Assembly: GCA_003990765.1 (NCBI GenBank)
Contig: RBNJ01000184.1
Location: 1-37,668, forward strand
Direction of reading: 5' to 3'
Length of the DNA stretch: 37,668 bases
Source: Jimgerdemannia flammicorona
Taxonomy: Eukaryota
Shown here: in pieces, positions 1 through 9,538 of the stretch
Numbering within the stretch: the first letter of the stretch is position 1
Layout of the letters: every line of letters begins with the position of its first letter
Notes under the pieces: generated by a model
Seen by the model: the letters and a program-made list of their open reading frames with translations, nothing else
Database searches by the model: none
What the model was told of the DNA's origin: nothing
Position numbers and translations under genes: made by a program

Positions 1-260
1 CCGCAAAGCTCACCCTGCCAGACCCTTGACCTCCAGCTCCACCCCCTCTTCCACTGCGGCCCCCCGCCAGTAGGCCCCTCATACTTCCCCCCAGGCCAGG
101 GCCTCTCCCCACTTGCTGCCATTCAAATGCTCCAGGGCCACCCTGCCCAGTATGCACCTCTGGATGCTCGTTGGTCGCCATGATACTAGTAGCTTTTCTC
201 CAGAAACTGTGTCAAAAGTGTTGCCAAAGGGTTGTGTAACCTGAATGTTACCAGAGAAAG
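1..260 (-). mobile_element. 5' end of L1/Tx1-like LINE (5' UTR and start of ORF1), continues off the window edge
   Basis: Homologous to 6400-6660 (ctgaatgttaccagagaaag 241-260 vs ctgaatattaccagagaaag 6640-6659) and to the reverse complement of 11295-11550. ATG at 181-179 opens a Gly-rich frame (MATNEHPEVHTGQGGPGAFEWQQVGRG...) that stays open to base 1. Retains CpGs, so it is a less mutated copy. Confidence 0.75.
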
Positions 261-492
261 ATGTGTCTTTACTTATATCATTATCAGCTTTTAAATAAAC
301 TAAAAAGTTCTGAACAACTAAATTAATAATATAAGCCAGATAGTATATATATATTATATTAGTTAATAGTTGAGGCTAGTATAATTGAACTCTGTCTCAA
401 TTGTTTGAAAAAATATAGTATTGTTGAATGTATTATCTATTATTATAGCTAATATCTAGAGTAAAAAATCAATAATTTAAATATAAGATAAC

Positions 493-640
493 TTTTTTTC
501 AAAAACCCAACCTTTTCAAAAACCTAACCTTTTTTGAAAATCTAACCATTTTCAAAAACCTTTTTTGAAAACTTGACCTTTTTCAAAAACTTAACCTTTT
601 TCAAAAATCTGACTTTTTTAAAATATAATCTTTTTAAAAG
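493..640. repeat. Imperfect ~18-bp tandem array (TTTTCAAAAACCTAACC-like, about 8 units)
   Basis: Repeated ttttcaaaaac/tttttgaaaa units separated by ctaacc/ttgacc. Confidence 0.8.
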
Positions 641-689
641 ACTTATTCTCTATATATTATCATACAGTAGTCGCTGAGTCCTTCAAATA

Positions 690-1310
690 TACCAGATTTT
701 CTTCAAGATATATCTCTTAGATTAACTTAAGTTTGTTATAAGCAAGTTCTTATTAGAGTGCCTTTCCAAGGTCTTATAGTCCTCAAACTTCTTATCTTTA
801 ACTGTCTTGTTATCTCTTAGATTGCTTACAAGGAAGTGTATATAAGTGAACTGGAACTGACTTTATTTCAGAGAAAATAAGAGAAGTATTTATACAAAAT
901 ATAATTCAATAGTTGCTAAGATATAAAGCTAAATATAAATTCCAATAACTAAAATAAAATGCCAGGACAGGAAAAACTGCTAAGTTCCAGAGTTGGCACT
1001 AATGGTTGTATAGGTTCAGGATGCTGGTATAATTCAGTATCACATCAGAATACCAGTGCTGGCATTATTCAGTGTTACATCAAAATGCCAGTGCTGGTAT
1101 TATTCAGTATAACTAAGGGACTTAGAGCAGAATGTTCAAGACCATGGGGCTTCATCATCAGAGGTCAGGATGTCTTCAAAGGAGATGAGGTCTGTGAATT
1201 TGTCATCATTATGTAGGTCATGCAAGATGACATCATTGCTGATGACATCATTATGTTTGGCAGTAGGGAAATCAGAGGCTCTCCAATCTATGAGGTTCTC
1301 TTCTACAAAA
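690..1310 (-). repeat. Probable 3' LTR of the Gypsy relic (boundaries uncertain)
   Basis: Non-coding region downstream of the element's ORFs. Minus strand has TATAAATA (888-895) followed by AATAAA (~863-868). No second LTR is available to confirm. Confidence 0.4.
1022..1113. repeat. 35-bp tandem repeat, ~2.6 copies
   Basis: tgctggtataattcagtatcacatcagaataccag / tgctggcattattcagtgttacatcaaaatgccag / tgctggtattattcagtataac. Confidence 0.85.
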
Positions 1311-1499
1311 TAGGGGACAAATGTAGGATCTGGGGGATCTAACCTGGATGCTTGAGCCTTGGAATACTGAAATCAATCCTTGCAGGAATTGGTCTGGGTT
1401 GTCCTGAAGGATGGGATACTAGAAGTCTTCAACTTCATCACTATTGAGGGTTATAGTGGACTGGGCTTCTATAGCCACCCTGGCTTCTAGTGCATTGAT

Positions 1500-1920
1500 A
1501 TGGTGGGATGACAGATCTCTGAAATCTGAGACTCTAATATACTCTAAGTTGGGGATCAATTATGATATATATCTGAAGATCTGATGGATCTTCTTAGCTG
1601 TCCTTGCTTTGTGTATATCTATGGAAGTGGCATCTTGTAGCTCTTGAGGGCTGGCCTGTGGAAACTCCCAGCAGAGGAGGTTTTCTATTTCATACTCTTA
1701 CCATATTTGGAGGCATTTAGTAGCAATGGTGATCCTTGTTTCCATTTTATAGCAGTAGAGGATATAGTGATAAGAGTCACCAGTATCCAGGTTAATACTA
1801 GGAGTCCTTCTTGAGCAGGTCCTCATGGCTCTTCTGATGTCTTGGAATATCCTCTCTTTGACTGAGATATCTTAGTAGTTTCTTGATCTTGAGGTTTGGT
1901 GAGCAGCAGGCATTTTGTTT
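1500..1920 (-). pseudogene. Relic extra ORF downstream of Gypsy integrase, unknown function
   Basis: A minus frame of ~140 codons broken only by three TAA (plausibly ex-CAA): KERIFQDIRRAMRTC...ARTAKKIHQIFRYIS*LIPNLEYIRVSDFRDLS. Confidence 0.5.
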
Positions 1921-2599
1921 GTAGTAAGTCTTTGAGCTATTTTGAGATTTGGTGGGTCTTGTTGATTGCTGCTACTGTGGTTCCTTGATCCTTCTTTTAT
2001 ATTCCTCAAGATACTTGTACTGTGGTCACAATGACTTACAGTTAGTTATCATTGCTCATCTCATATGCCATATGATCTTCTTGTGCTCCAATCTGGTGGC
2101 TTGTAAGGAAAGGTTATCTCCTGTATTGATGTCATCATTCTGGGGTCACTGTTACATCTTCCTTCTGAATAAGGATCTTCTTGAGTATTCTTATTCATTG
2201 ATCTAGTCCTGAAAAATTTGCTGATCCCATAACCTCTAGCAAGGGGTTGAAAAGTGGTATTTATAGGCTGGTGTCTTTCTTTTATATTTTGGTATAATGG
2301 TGAAAGGTTGCTCTCTTTATATAGAGTAAGGGCCTGATTCTGATCTTGACCAATCAGTTGATGGTTCGAACTCCTCTGGTTTCAAAAGTCTCATAGATAA
2401 GTAGTTGCTGGTACCATATCTCTTAGAGAATGGTCTAGACAGATAGCCTGTTGGTTATGGGACATGCTGTTATAATTCGTGGACTAGAACCTTATGAGTA
2501 GTCATCATATTTTGCTTCTCTTATATAGGTTTATGATACTTCTTGAGTCTGTTCCTATATACTGTGGTAGGCAGTATGGTCTCTGAGATTTTTCTAAGT

Positions 2600-3560
2600 C
2601 AGAAGGTAGTTTCCTTAATATCTTACACATAGAAGGATCCTTCTCATTTGGGCTCCAGTTTTCACAACCATGAGGCTTCTACCATATTTTGATACAGTAG
2701 GACCTTTTCTCTGATTCAGATGGGTTCTAGGGTCTTGTGATTCTTTTCCACATTCTTCCTTATCAGTACTTATGACTTGATGATGTAATCTTCAGCCTTC
2801 TTTCTGATTTGGTGTAGTCTTCAGATTTCTGCATCAACCCATCTCTAAGTTAAGTCTAGATTTATAGCTGAGGTTCTATCAGAATCTTCTTCTCTAAAGA
2901 GTAGTTCCCTTGGGGTGAAGTGTGTGCTCCGTAACCATATGTCTTGTAGGATAGAGAGAGTGGTTGGGAGATAATTATCCCAATTCTTATATGTCTCTAA
3001 GATCTTTGCCAGAATGTTCTTGAGGGTCTTGTTAGTTCTCTCTGTCTGTCCATTTCCTTGAGGGTGGTACATGGTGGTCTTGATGTGCTGGATCTTGTAT
3101 TTCTGATATATTATCTCATGGAATTCATTGACAAATTCTGTGCCACAGTCTGTTGTGATTTGCTTCAGTATCTTGTAGTAGCAGATGATTTCTCGATATA
3201 GGAAGTCAGCTATAGAGAGGGTATTGGCTTCTTATAATGCTCCTGCTTCTATCCATTTGGTAAAGAGGTCTATAATAACTATAATATAACAGTTTTCTGA
3301 TAGTATTACTGGTAGTGGTCTAATGATATCTATTACAATATAGTGGAAGAGGATAGGCTCAATTCTTAATAACCTGGGTACCTGGTCTTGCTGATCTTGT
3401 TTCTGTTTTTTGGTACTTGTCACACCCTTTGACAAATTGGTATAGATCTTCTTCCATCTTGGGCCACTACATAGTTTTTCTTGCTTTATCATATATGTTG
3501 ATTCCTCCTATGTGTCCTTGCTCATGTACTTCCTTCATTACTTGATACTTCTTGTATTCA
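2600..3560 (-). pseudogene. Retroelement integrase (HHCC + DDE core), disrupted
   Basis: ORF fragments 3232-3492 (IVIDIIRPLP...YIIVIIDLFTKWIEA) and 2845-3072 (YHPQGNGQTERTNKTLKNIL). Confidence 0.9.
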
Positions 3561-3869
3561 GATATCACTAGCTTTCCTCCTTTTCTGAGTATAGTATTAT
3601 CTAGTTCAAACTGTTTCCAAGTCTGGTTAATAATGATAATTGTCTAGGGTTTGAGGTAGTTGGGCATCTTCTGCTACCCAAGGTAGCTGATTAATCCATA
3701 GTATAACTCCTTATTCATATTGAATAGTCTTGATGAGGGTATTTCAGGGTGTCCTTGAGAGTGCATCAGTATTGGTGTTGGTTCTTCCTGAGTGGTGCTT
3801 GACAGTACAGTTATACTCTTGCAGCCTGTAGATCTATCTGGCATATATTCCTTTAGGGTGGACATTTAG

Positions 3870-4175
3870 ATTAATTATTGCCCTAGCTTTATAAAGTCAC
3901 TGATTGCTAATAAGGATATCATAGTTAGTAGTATTAGTTATGATCATATCTACTGGAATGATTGCTCCTCTAAACTTAATAAGAACATTCTGGATCTTTC
4001 CTAAAGGTGTAGCTCTTATACTATCTGCTATAATAAATACCAATTTAATTGCTTCTTCAACCTCTCAACCTAGACAGTACTGCTTTCTTGCTAAGGAGAT
4101 ATTCTCTTGCTCTAGTATCAATGATGGCCTTGAAGATTCTATCTTCAATCTGACAGATTGCATAGGCAGAGATCT
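3870..4175 (-). pseudogene. Retroelement aspartic protease, disrupted
   Basis: CQIEDRIFKAIIDTRA (DTGA motif with G>A change) and C-terminal LISNQ*LYKARAIINL. Confidence 0.75.
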
Positions 4176-5089
4176 TGTGATTGTCTTTATTTTCTTTTTT
4201 AGAATCTTTTTGAATATTATTGATCTCAGTTATCTTCTAACCTTACTTCTTAGTTATCTTGGCAAGTCTATATCTCATTTGCTATCTAAATATAGAGATT
4301 TCTACTAGCTGACCAAAAGTTGTATTAATTTTTTATTGACTGAGATCCTTGAAGATATTATACTTGAAGGTCTTAGTTTTGCAAAACTTCTTCTTCTTTT
4401 CTCCTTTACTGGCTGAAGTAGTTCTTTAAATAATATCTTAAATAGCCTGTTCTAGTTTCATATCTTAATCTATTTCTTTAGCTTGACTTTCTGTAGCAGT
4501 CTCTATCTATTTTTCTATAGGGTCTTCTTGAGTCTCCCTGGTGGTCTCTTGTAGGATTACTTGTAGACATCCTTCTTAACAGTCTCAGTAAGGTAGGCTT
4601 TCCATTCTTCTTCATCTAATTCTTCAATCTCCTCAAAGGTAATAGTGTTTGTCTGTTTCTTATTTTAAGTAGCATTACTTGGCTAGACCTTATACTTGGT
4701 TTCACTTATATATTTATATGAGTAGTAGTCTTCTTCTCTACAGATGTAGCAGGTACCACTTTTCTTATCTGAGGTAGCAGCAAACTTCTAGACTAGGTAG
4801 TAGTCTCTTTCTCTAATTTTCTTTACCACATCTTCTAGATGGGCAGTTATTTTAGCAAACTTCTTAGCAAGTTTCTCTATAGGATCACTATCTCTACTGC
4901 TCAGTAGCTCTTGGCTGAGGTGTGTTTTGATTGATCACTATGATAGGAATCACACTAGTTGTCTTAAGTACTTCAATTCTAACTCTAGTGACTCTTTCCA
5001 TTATATAGTCTTATAGATGTCTGGCTATCCAGTATTGCTGGGTATAGGTGACCTTCTATAGCAGATTCAAGACTACTAGTGATGAGTGG

Positions 5090-6660
5090 ACAACTACTTC
5101 TCTTTATCTACAGCCTCCTCAACTCTTTTGACCACCTCCTTCACCTCCTCTGCCTGCTCTTCCATAGTATTCCATCTTACTGACTCATCCTAATTCTCCT
5201 CTAGTATATTCTGCAGTTCCTTCTCACCCATAGCCCTATCTGGTACTTTTTACTGAGAATGCTTCCCCTTGACCACCTCTATAACTTCCATGACTATACT
5301 CAACCCAGTACTACCTTCTGCTCTCTAGAGCATCTCTGGAGTCACTCTCTTCTCCCTCATCTAGGCACTTGCTCACAAACCAGCATCTTCAGCTATAGTC
5401 TCTCCCACCATTTCTTCTTCCAACTTCACCAATAGCTCCTTCTGAATCTGCCTCTTATATATCTGCTCCCAGGCTGCTCAATCTAATCTCACTCTCTTGC
5501 TATTGATAATCTCTATAACTATCTTAGCCTCATATTCCTTCCAGGCCAATCTCTTCCTCTTCACAGCTTTAGCCAGATCTTCTAATATCTCTAAAAAGTC
5601 CTCTTCTTCTTCCAGCATTCCCTTCACTTATGAGATCTTGTATTTCACAGGGCTCCACTTAAGAACTACTGGTCAGTTTCTTGTCTTCCCTATATTCTCC
5701 TTACCTGCCAGTCACATCCTGATATCTACATCTCTAGTCTTGAGTTCAGTATCCTCTTAGACCCTAAACCCAATATCCACAATCTCTCTATACTTCTTGA
5801 TGATCTCCATAATCAACCCCCTGACCATTTTCTTTAATATGGTTAGTATATCCAGTATTATCAACTATACTACTCAAGGATTCCAGTATAAGCACCATGC
5901 TATAGGAATTGCCACCCCTCCCACCATTACTTCTTTCTCCATCACTTCTAACAGTACCTCCTCTTGCTTGAAGCCAACCTCCACCCCTTCTTGTCCCTTC
6001 AAAAACTTCACTAAAGCAACCCCCTTTATCTCCTGAGCTAGATGCCCCAGAATCATTCTTACTATAACCACTAAGCCTCAGAAGCATAATGTGATAGTGA
6101 ATTCAGACCATGATTTCTTGAATAATAGTGCTACCACCAGTCCCATCACACTATCTACTAGGTCCCCAGACCTCATGCCTATCCTCTATCCAGATCTATC
6201 ATCAACTATCATATCTGGATTTTTTTTTCAGATTAACAGTCCTCCTACCATCAGTAGTCCCACTCTTCTCAGTCACTACTCCTCAACTATGCTGCCCTTA
6301 TCTCTATGGACCACTCTCTTAGAATCTATAGCCCTTGCTATCTCCTTGCCCTTCTTTAGCCAGCCCTCTAGCCCAGTTATCATCTCTCTTTATCTTATCT
6401 GTGAAGCTCATCCTTCTAGTTCTCTATCCTCCAACACTACACTCTTCTCTTCTATGGCCTCCTGTCAGCAAGCCCCTCATACTTCCCCCCAAGTCATAGC
6501 TCTACCCCATATGCTACCAGTTGAATATACTAGGGTCATTCTGTTTAGCATATATCTTAGAATACTCAATAGTCACTATATTATTAGTATCTTTTCTCCA
6601 AAAATAATATCTTAAGAGTTGCTTGAAGTTTATATAATCTGAATATTACCAGAGAAAGGC
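5090..6660 (-). mobile_element. LINE fragment: 5' UTR and 5' part of ORF1, 3'-truncated
   Basis: Colinear with the reverse complement of 11295-12040 plus 14895-15710. ORF 5874-6071 VALVKFLKGQEGVEVGFKQEEVLLEV. No poly-A at the 5090 junction. Confidence 0.8.
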
Positions 6661-7255
6661 CTGTATCTTGTAATTTGCCTCTATTGAACCAGTATATTAC
6701 AATATCTATATTATTAGACTGATCTTATAATATCTTTAATATAGTATATATTAAAAGTTCTTTTTACTAGCTACTAATTAGAACTTATAATCTTTATTAT
6801 ATAAATTTATAGAAATATAAGTTAAAGAAGTGTTTTTATTAATAATATATCTATAAGTTATATATATTTATATATTACTAATAAGTAGTATAGTAATTAA
6901 TAATATAGATAAATAATATATATACTTATATTGAGTTATTATCTTAATAAATTATTTATCTAAATTTAATAATTTTTAGCTCAATGAATTTATTATATAA
7001 ACTTAATATAATCAAATTTGTTAAATTTAAATATATTTTTATTAAGAAATTATATTTAAAGTTTTTTTTTTTTTAAAAAAAAATTAAATGAATCAAACCT
7101 CTATTCAATTATTTGAGAGTATTAGTTAGATCACACCATCAGTAACTTGGTTCAAAATCAGAGTATGATTTCATATTATATTTAAATATAAATCTTATAA
7201 TTAATATTTTTAAACTAGAATATATATCACAACCTAACGCATTTATGACAATTCT

Positions 7256-7269
7256 GTGACGTCACCAAT
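7256..7269 (+). promoter_or_regulatory. Candidate CRE/ATF site (GTGACGTCAC) overlapping a CCAAT box, ~70 bp upstream of the ATG
   Basis: Perfect 10-bp palindrome at 7256-7265 and CCAAT at 7265-7269. The CpG is retained at the edge of an otherwise CpG-poor flank. Confidence 0.45.
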
Positions 7270-7332
7270 CAACACAAACAGTCCCCATCACTACTTTTTG
7301 CTTCCCTCACTCCTTCTTTCCACCTCACCACA

Positions 7333-9270
7333 ATGAACACCCTACCCTTCGAGCTCCTTGCCGAAATATTCGCTTATGTTGGGACATTTGCTCCGGCTTT
7401 CTCAAAGACGTGCTCGCAGTTCTACCGCGTCTCCAAGGACGCCACAGCCACCGCTGATCACCTCCTCGTACGATACTCTCGCCTGTTCGCCATCGGCGCC
7501 AGCATCAAGAAACACCCCCACCTGCTTACCCCCGCCGTCACGAATGCACTCTTTGGCAAAGGCGCAGTGATGCCCAGGCACCTAACTCAGAAGACGTGGG
7601 TTTTCTTCCGCCTGCCATCTCTCGAGGCAAGCACCATAGTGCTGAGAAAGGCACGTGAACTCTACGGAATTCTGAGCGTCCTCAATGACGATAAGGCCAT
7701 ATTCCGGCAACTTTCTATTGATTATATTTTTTGCCAGAAACGCAACGCCGTCAGCCAGGTTTCGAGGATCGTCTTTGAGGTCGAGAAATTTATCGAAAAC
7801 ACAAGGTATTGCCCGTTGTATTGCCAAGACTCTTTCGCCGCTGAAATATACTTCATCGTCCAAAACTACCCCCGAGCCCTCGGCGTCTACGAGGGCGCCG
7901 GCCTTGACCTCCACATCCTCTGCAACATCCCTCGCTTCCTCTACGACTTCCTTCACGTCGGCTGGCAAAATCGTCCGCCAACTTCGGGACCTGCCGAGCT
8001 CCTCACCCTCTTCATACAGCACAACCTCCTCGTTATCAGCCCGCGCCACTTCTCCGACCTAGTCCATCTCCTCTCCTCCTGCCAAGCAGTCGACGCCCTG
8101 GCTCCGCTCCACTCGCACCTCCGCTTCAACGTCAAGCCCGTTCTCCTCGAGGCCGCGCTGGATATGGTCCGCATGCTCCCGGCCCGCGGGCATGAGATCA
8201 TAGACATGGCTCTCTGGCTCTGTAAACTCTTTGAGGTACCGGCCGCTAATATCGGCGTCATCATGCAGAAGATCTATGGCATTCCTGACACCTCATTTAC
8301 AGCATCGCCCGAGTTCGTCGGCTCGTTTGCCAGCCCACTCGATCGCGTCGTGTGCGATTGGGCACTCGGGTACGGGTTCGGGTTCGGGTTGGGGTTCGGG
8401 TTGATGGTTGAGGACGCCTTCGAAGTCTGCTTTGATCATGTCGTCATTACACTTGCGGGAAAGGGGTGTACCAAGACTCGGTTTAGCGATCTCGCGCTGT
8501 TCGATCATGCGATGGTGTATTTTGATCGGTTTATCAATGCCGGGGTGCCCGTGACGGAAAGGCATGTGAGGTGGCTGGCGCATAGTACATTGGAGGAGGT
8601 CGTCTTGGCGTTTGTTAAGGCCGTGGAGAGACGAAACGGCATGGGAGTTTTGGAGGAAAAGACGGAAGAGAGAGAGAAGAGGCAAATAGACCTAATGGAC
8701 GAAGGCCCGAAGTTGAAGAAGATGAGGGCGGAAGCAGAGATGGAGACAGAGGTGGAGACAGAGGAGGAGACAAAGATGAAGATGGAGACGAAGACGAAGA
8801 CGAAGGTCAAAAAAAAAACAAAGAGGAAGAAAATCAATCCTCCCTCCCCTCGGAGCCTCAAACCCTCGCTCCACCCTGCGCATGCCGTTCCTGACTTCGC
8901 GGTGGACCCTGCGCGCCAAGCGCTGTGCCGCGTTTTACTCAGGCTACGGACAGATCACGCGCTAGCAATGAAACGGTATGCCAATTGGACACATGAATAC
9001 GCGGACGTTGCCCCGCCGGAGTCGACGAAGAGCTTGTTCCAGGGATTGTTGGAGCGATATCTGGGGATTTCAATTAAGGATGAGATGACGGGCAAGTTGA
9101 GGAGAGCGACGGTCAGGGTGGGGGTGAGGCAGGGGGGAAATCAAGAGGTCAAGCAGATAGTGAACGAGTTTGGAAGGTTGAGCGTTGATGAGCGCGAAGG
9201 CGGGAGGGTGCAGGAGAGGAGTGGGGTCGAGGCTTGGACGAAGAAGAGGAGGATGGTGGAGAGATGTTAA
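7333..9270 (+). CDS. Intronless 645-aa protein with N-terminal F-box-like motif, acidic/basic low-complexity tract and putative NLS
   Basis: Only long intact ORF; GC- and CpG-rich; good start context (acaATG). MNTLPFELLAEIFAYV...SKTCSQFYRVSKD fits the F-box pattern LPxELLxEIF...C..F. KKKTKRKK at ~8810-8832. Confidence 0.9.
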   Translation: MNTLPFELLAEIFAYVGTFAPAFSKTCSQFYRVSKDATATADHLLVRYSRLFAIGASIKKHPHLLTPAVTNALFGKGAVMPRHLTQKTWVFFRLPSLEASTIVLRKARELYGILSVLNDDKAIFRQLSIDYIFCQKRNAVSQVSRIVFEVEKFIENTRYCPLYCQDSFAAEIYFIVQNYPRALGVYEGAGLDLHILCNIPRFLYDFLHVGWQNRPPTSGPAELLTLFIQHNLLVISPRHFSDLVHLLSSCQAVDALAPLHSHLRFNVKPVLLEAALDMVRMLPARGHEIIDMALWLCKLFEVPAANIGVIMQKIYGIPDTSFTASPEFVGSFASPLDRVVCDWALGYGFGFGLGFGLMVEDAFEVCFDHVVITLAGKGCTKTRFSDLALFDHAMVYFDRFINAGVPVTERHVRWLAHSTLEEVVLAFVKAVERRNGMGVLEEKTEEREKRQIDLMDEGPKLKKMRAEAEMETEVETEEETKMKMETKTKTKVKKKTKRKKINPPSPRSLKPSLHPAHAVPDFAVDPARQALCRVLLRLRTDHALAMKRYANWTHEYADVAPPESTKSLFQGLLERYLGISIKDEMTGKLRRATVRVGVRQGGNQEVKQIVNEFGRLSVDEREGGRVQERSGVEAWTKKRRMVERC

Positions 9271-9513
9271 GTGTGCCGAGGGACTTGTCCTTCATCAAAA
9301 ACACTAGGATGAAGGACGTTTGAAGTCGTGGATGAGCTGTATCTGCTATGGGTCGCATTCTGTGATATAGGATTCTTGTGATTCTGAATTCTTTTATATC
9401 TTGTGAGGGTTTGGAGAAGAAAAAATCAATAGATAGGAGGAACATAGCTTGAACTCTTTTCAGACAGAAAGGTGGATCTGGTGGAAGGTATTTTTAACAT
9501 CATTCTTTCTGTT

Positions 9514-9538
9514 TATATATATATATATATATATATAT
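9514..9538. repeat. (TA)n microsatellite
   Basis: Uninterrupted TA run. Confidence 0.9.

Larger units (their letters stand above)
690..5090 (-). mobile_element. Degenerate Ty3/Gypsy LTR retrotransposon (gag end, protease, RNase H tail, integrase, extra 3' ORF, probable 3' LTR); RT absent, 5' part truncated
   Basis: Minus-strand motifs: zinc knuckle relic GTCYICREEDYYS (~4715-4760); protease AIIDT(G>R)A (4108-4128); RNase H tail ARW..RLQEY..DALSR (3735-3860); integrase HHCC relic, IDIIRPL, ITTDCGTEF and YHPQGNGQTERTN. PR-RH-IN order is Gypsy-type. Ends are approximate. Confidence 0.85.

Noticed and set aside
497..640. Telomere-like CTAACC motifs
   Set aside because: Isolated within longer units, not tandem telomeric repeats
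5497..6615. Ser/Leu/Ile-rich plus-strand ORFs (also 3940-4308, and minus-strand 11446-11832)
   Set aside because: Antisense frames of purine-rich retroelement coding strands
7358..9445. Overlapping alternative-frame and antisense ORFs around the 645-aa gene
   Set aside because: Shadow ORFs expected in GC-rich coding DNA; no motifs
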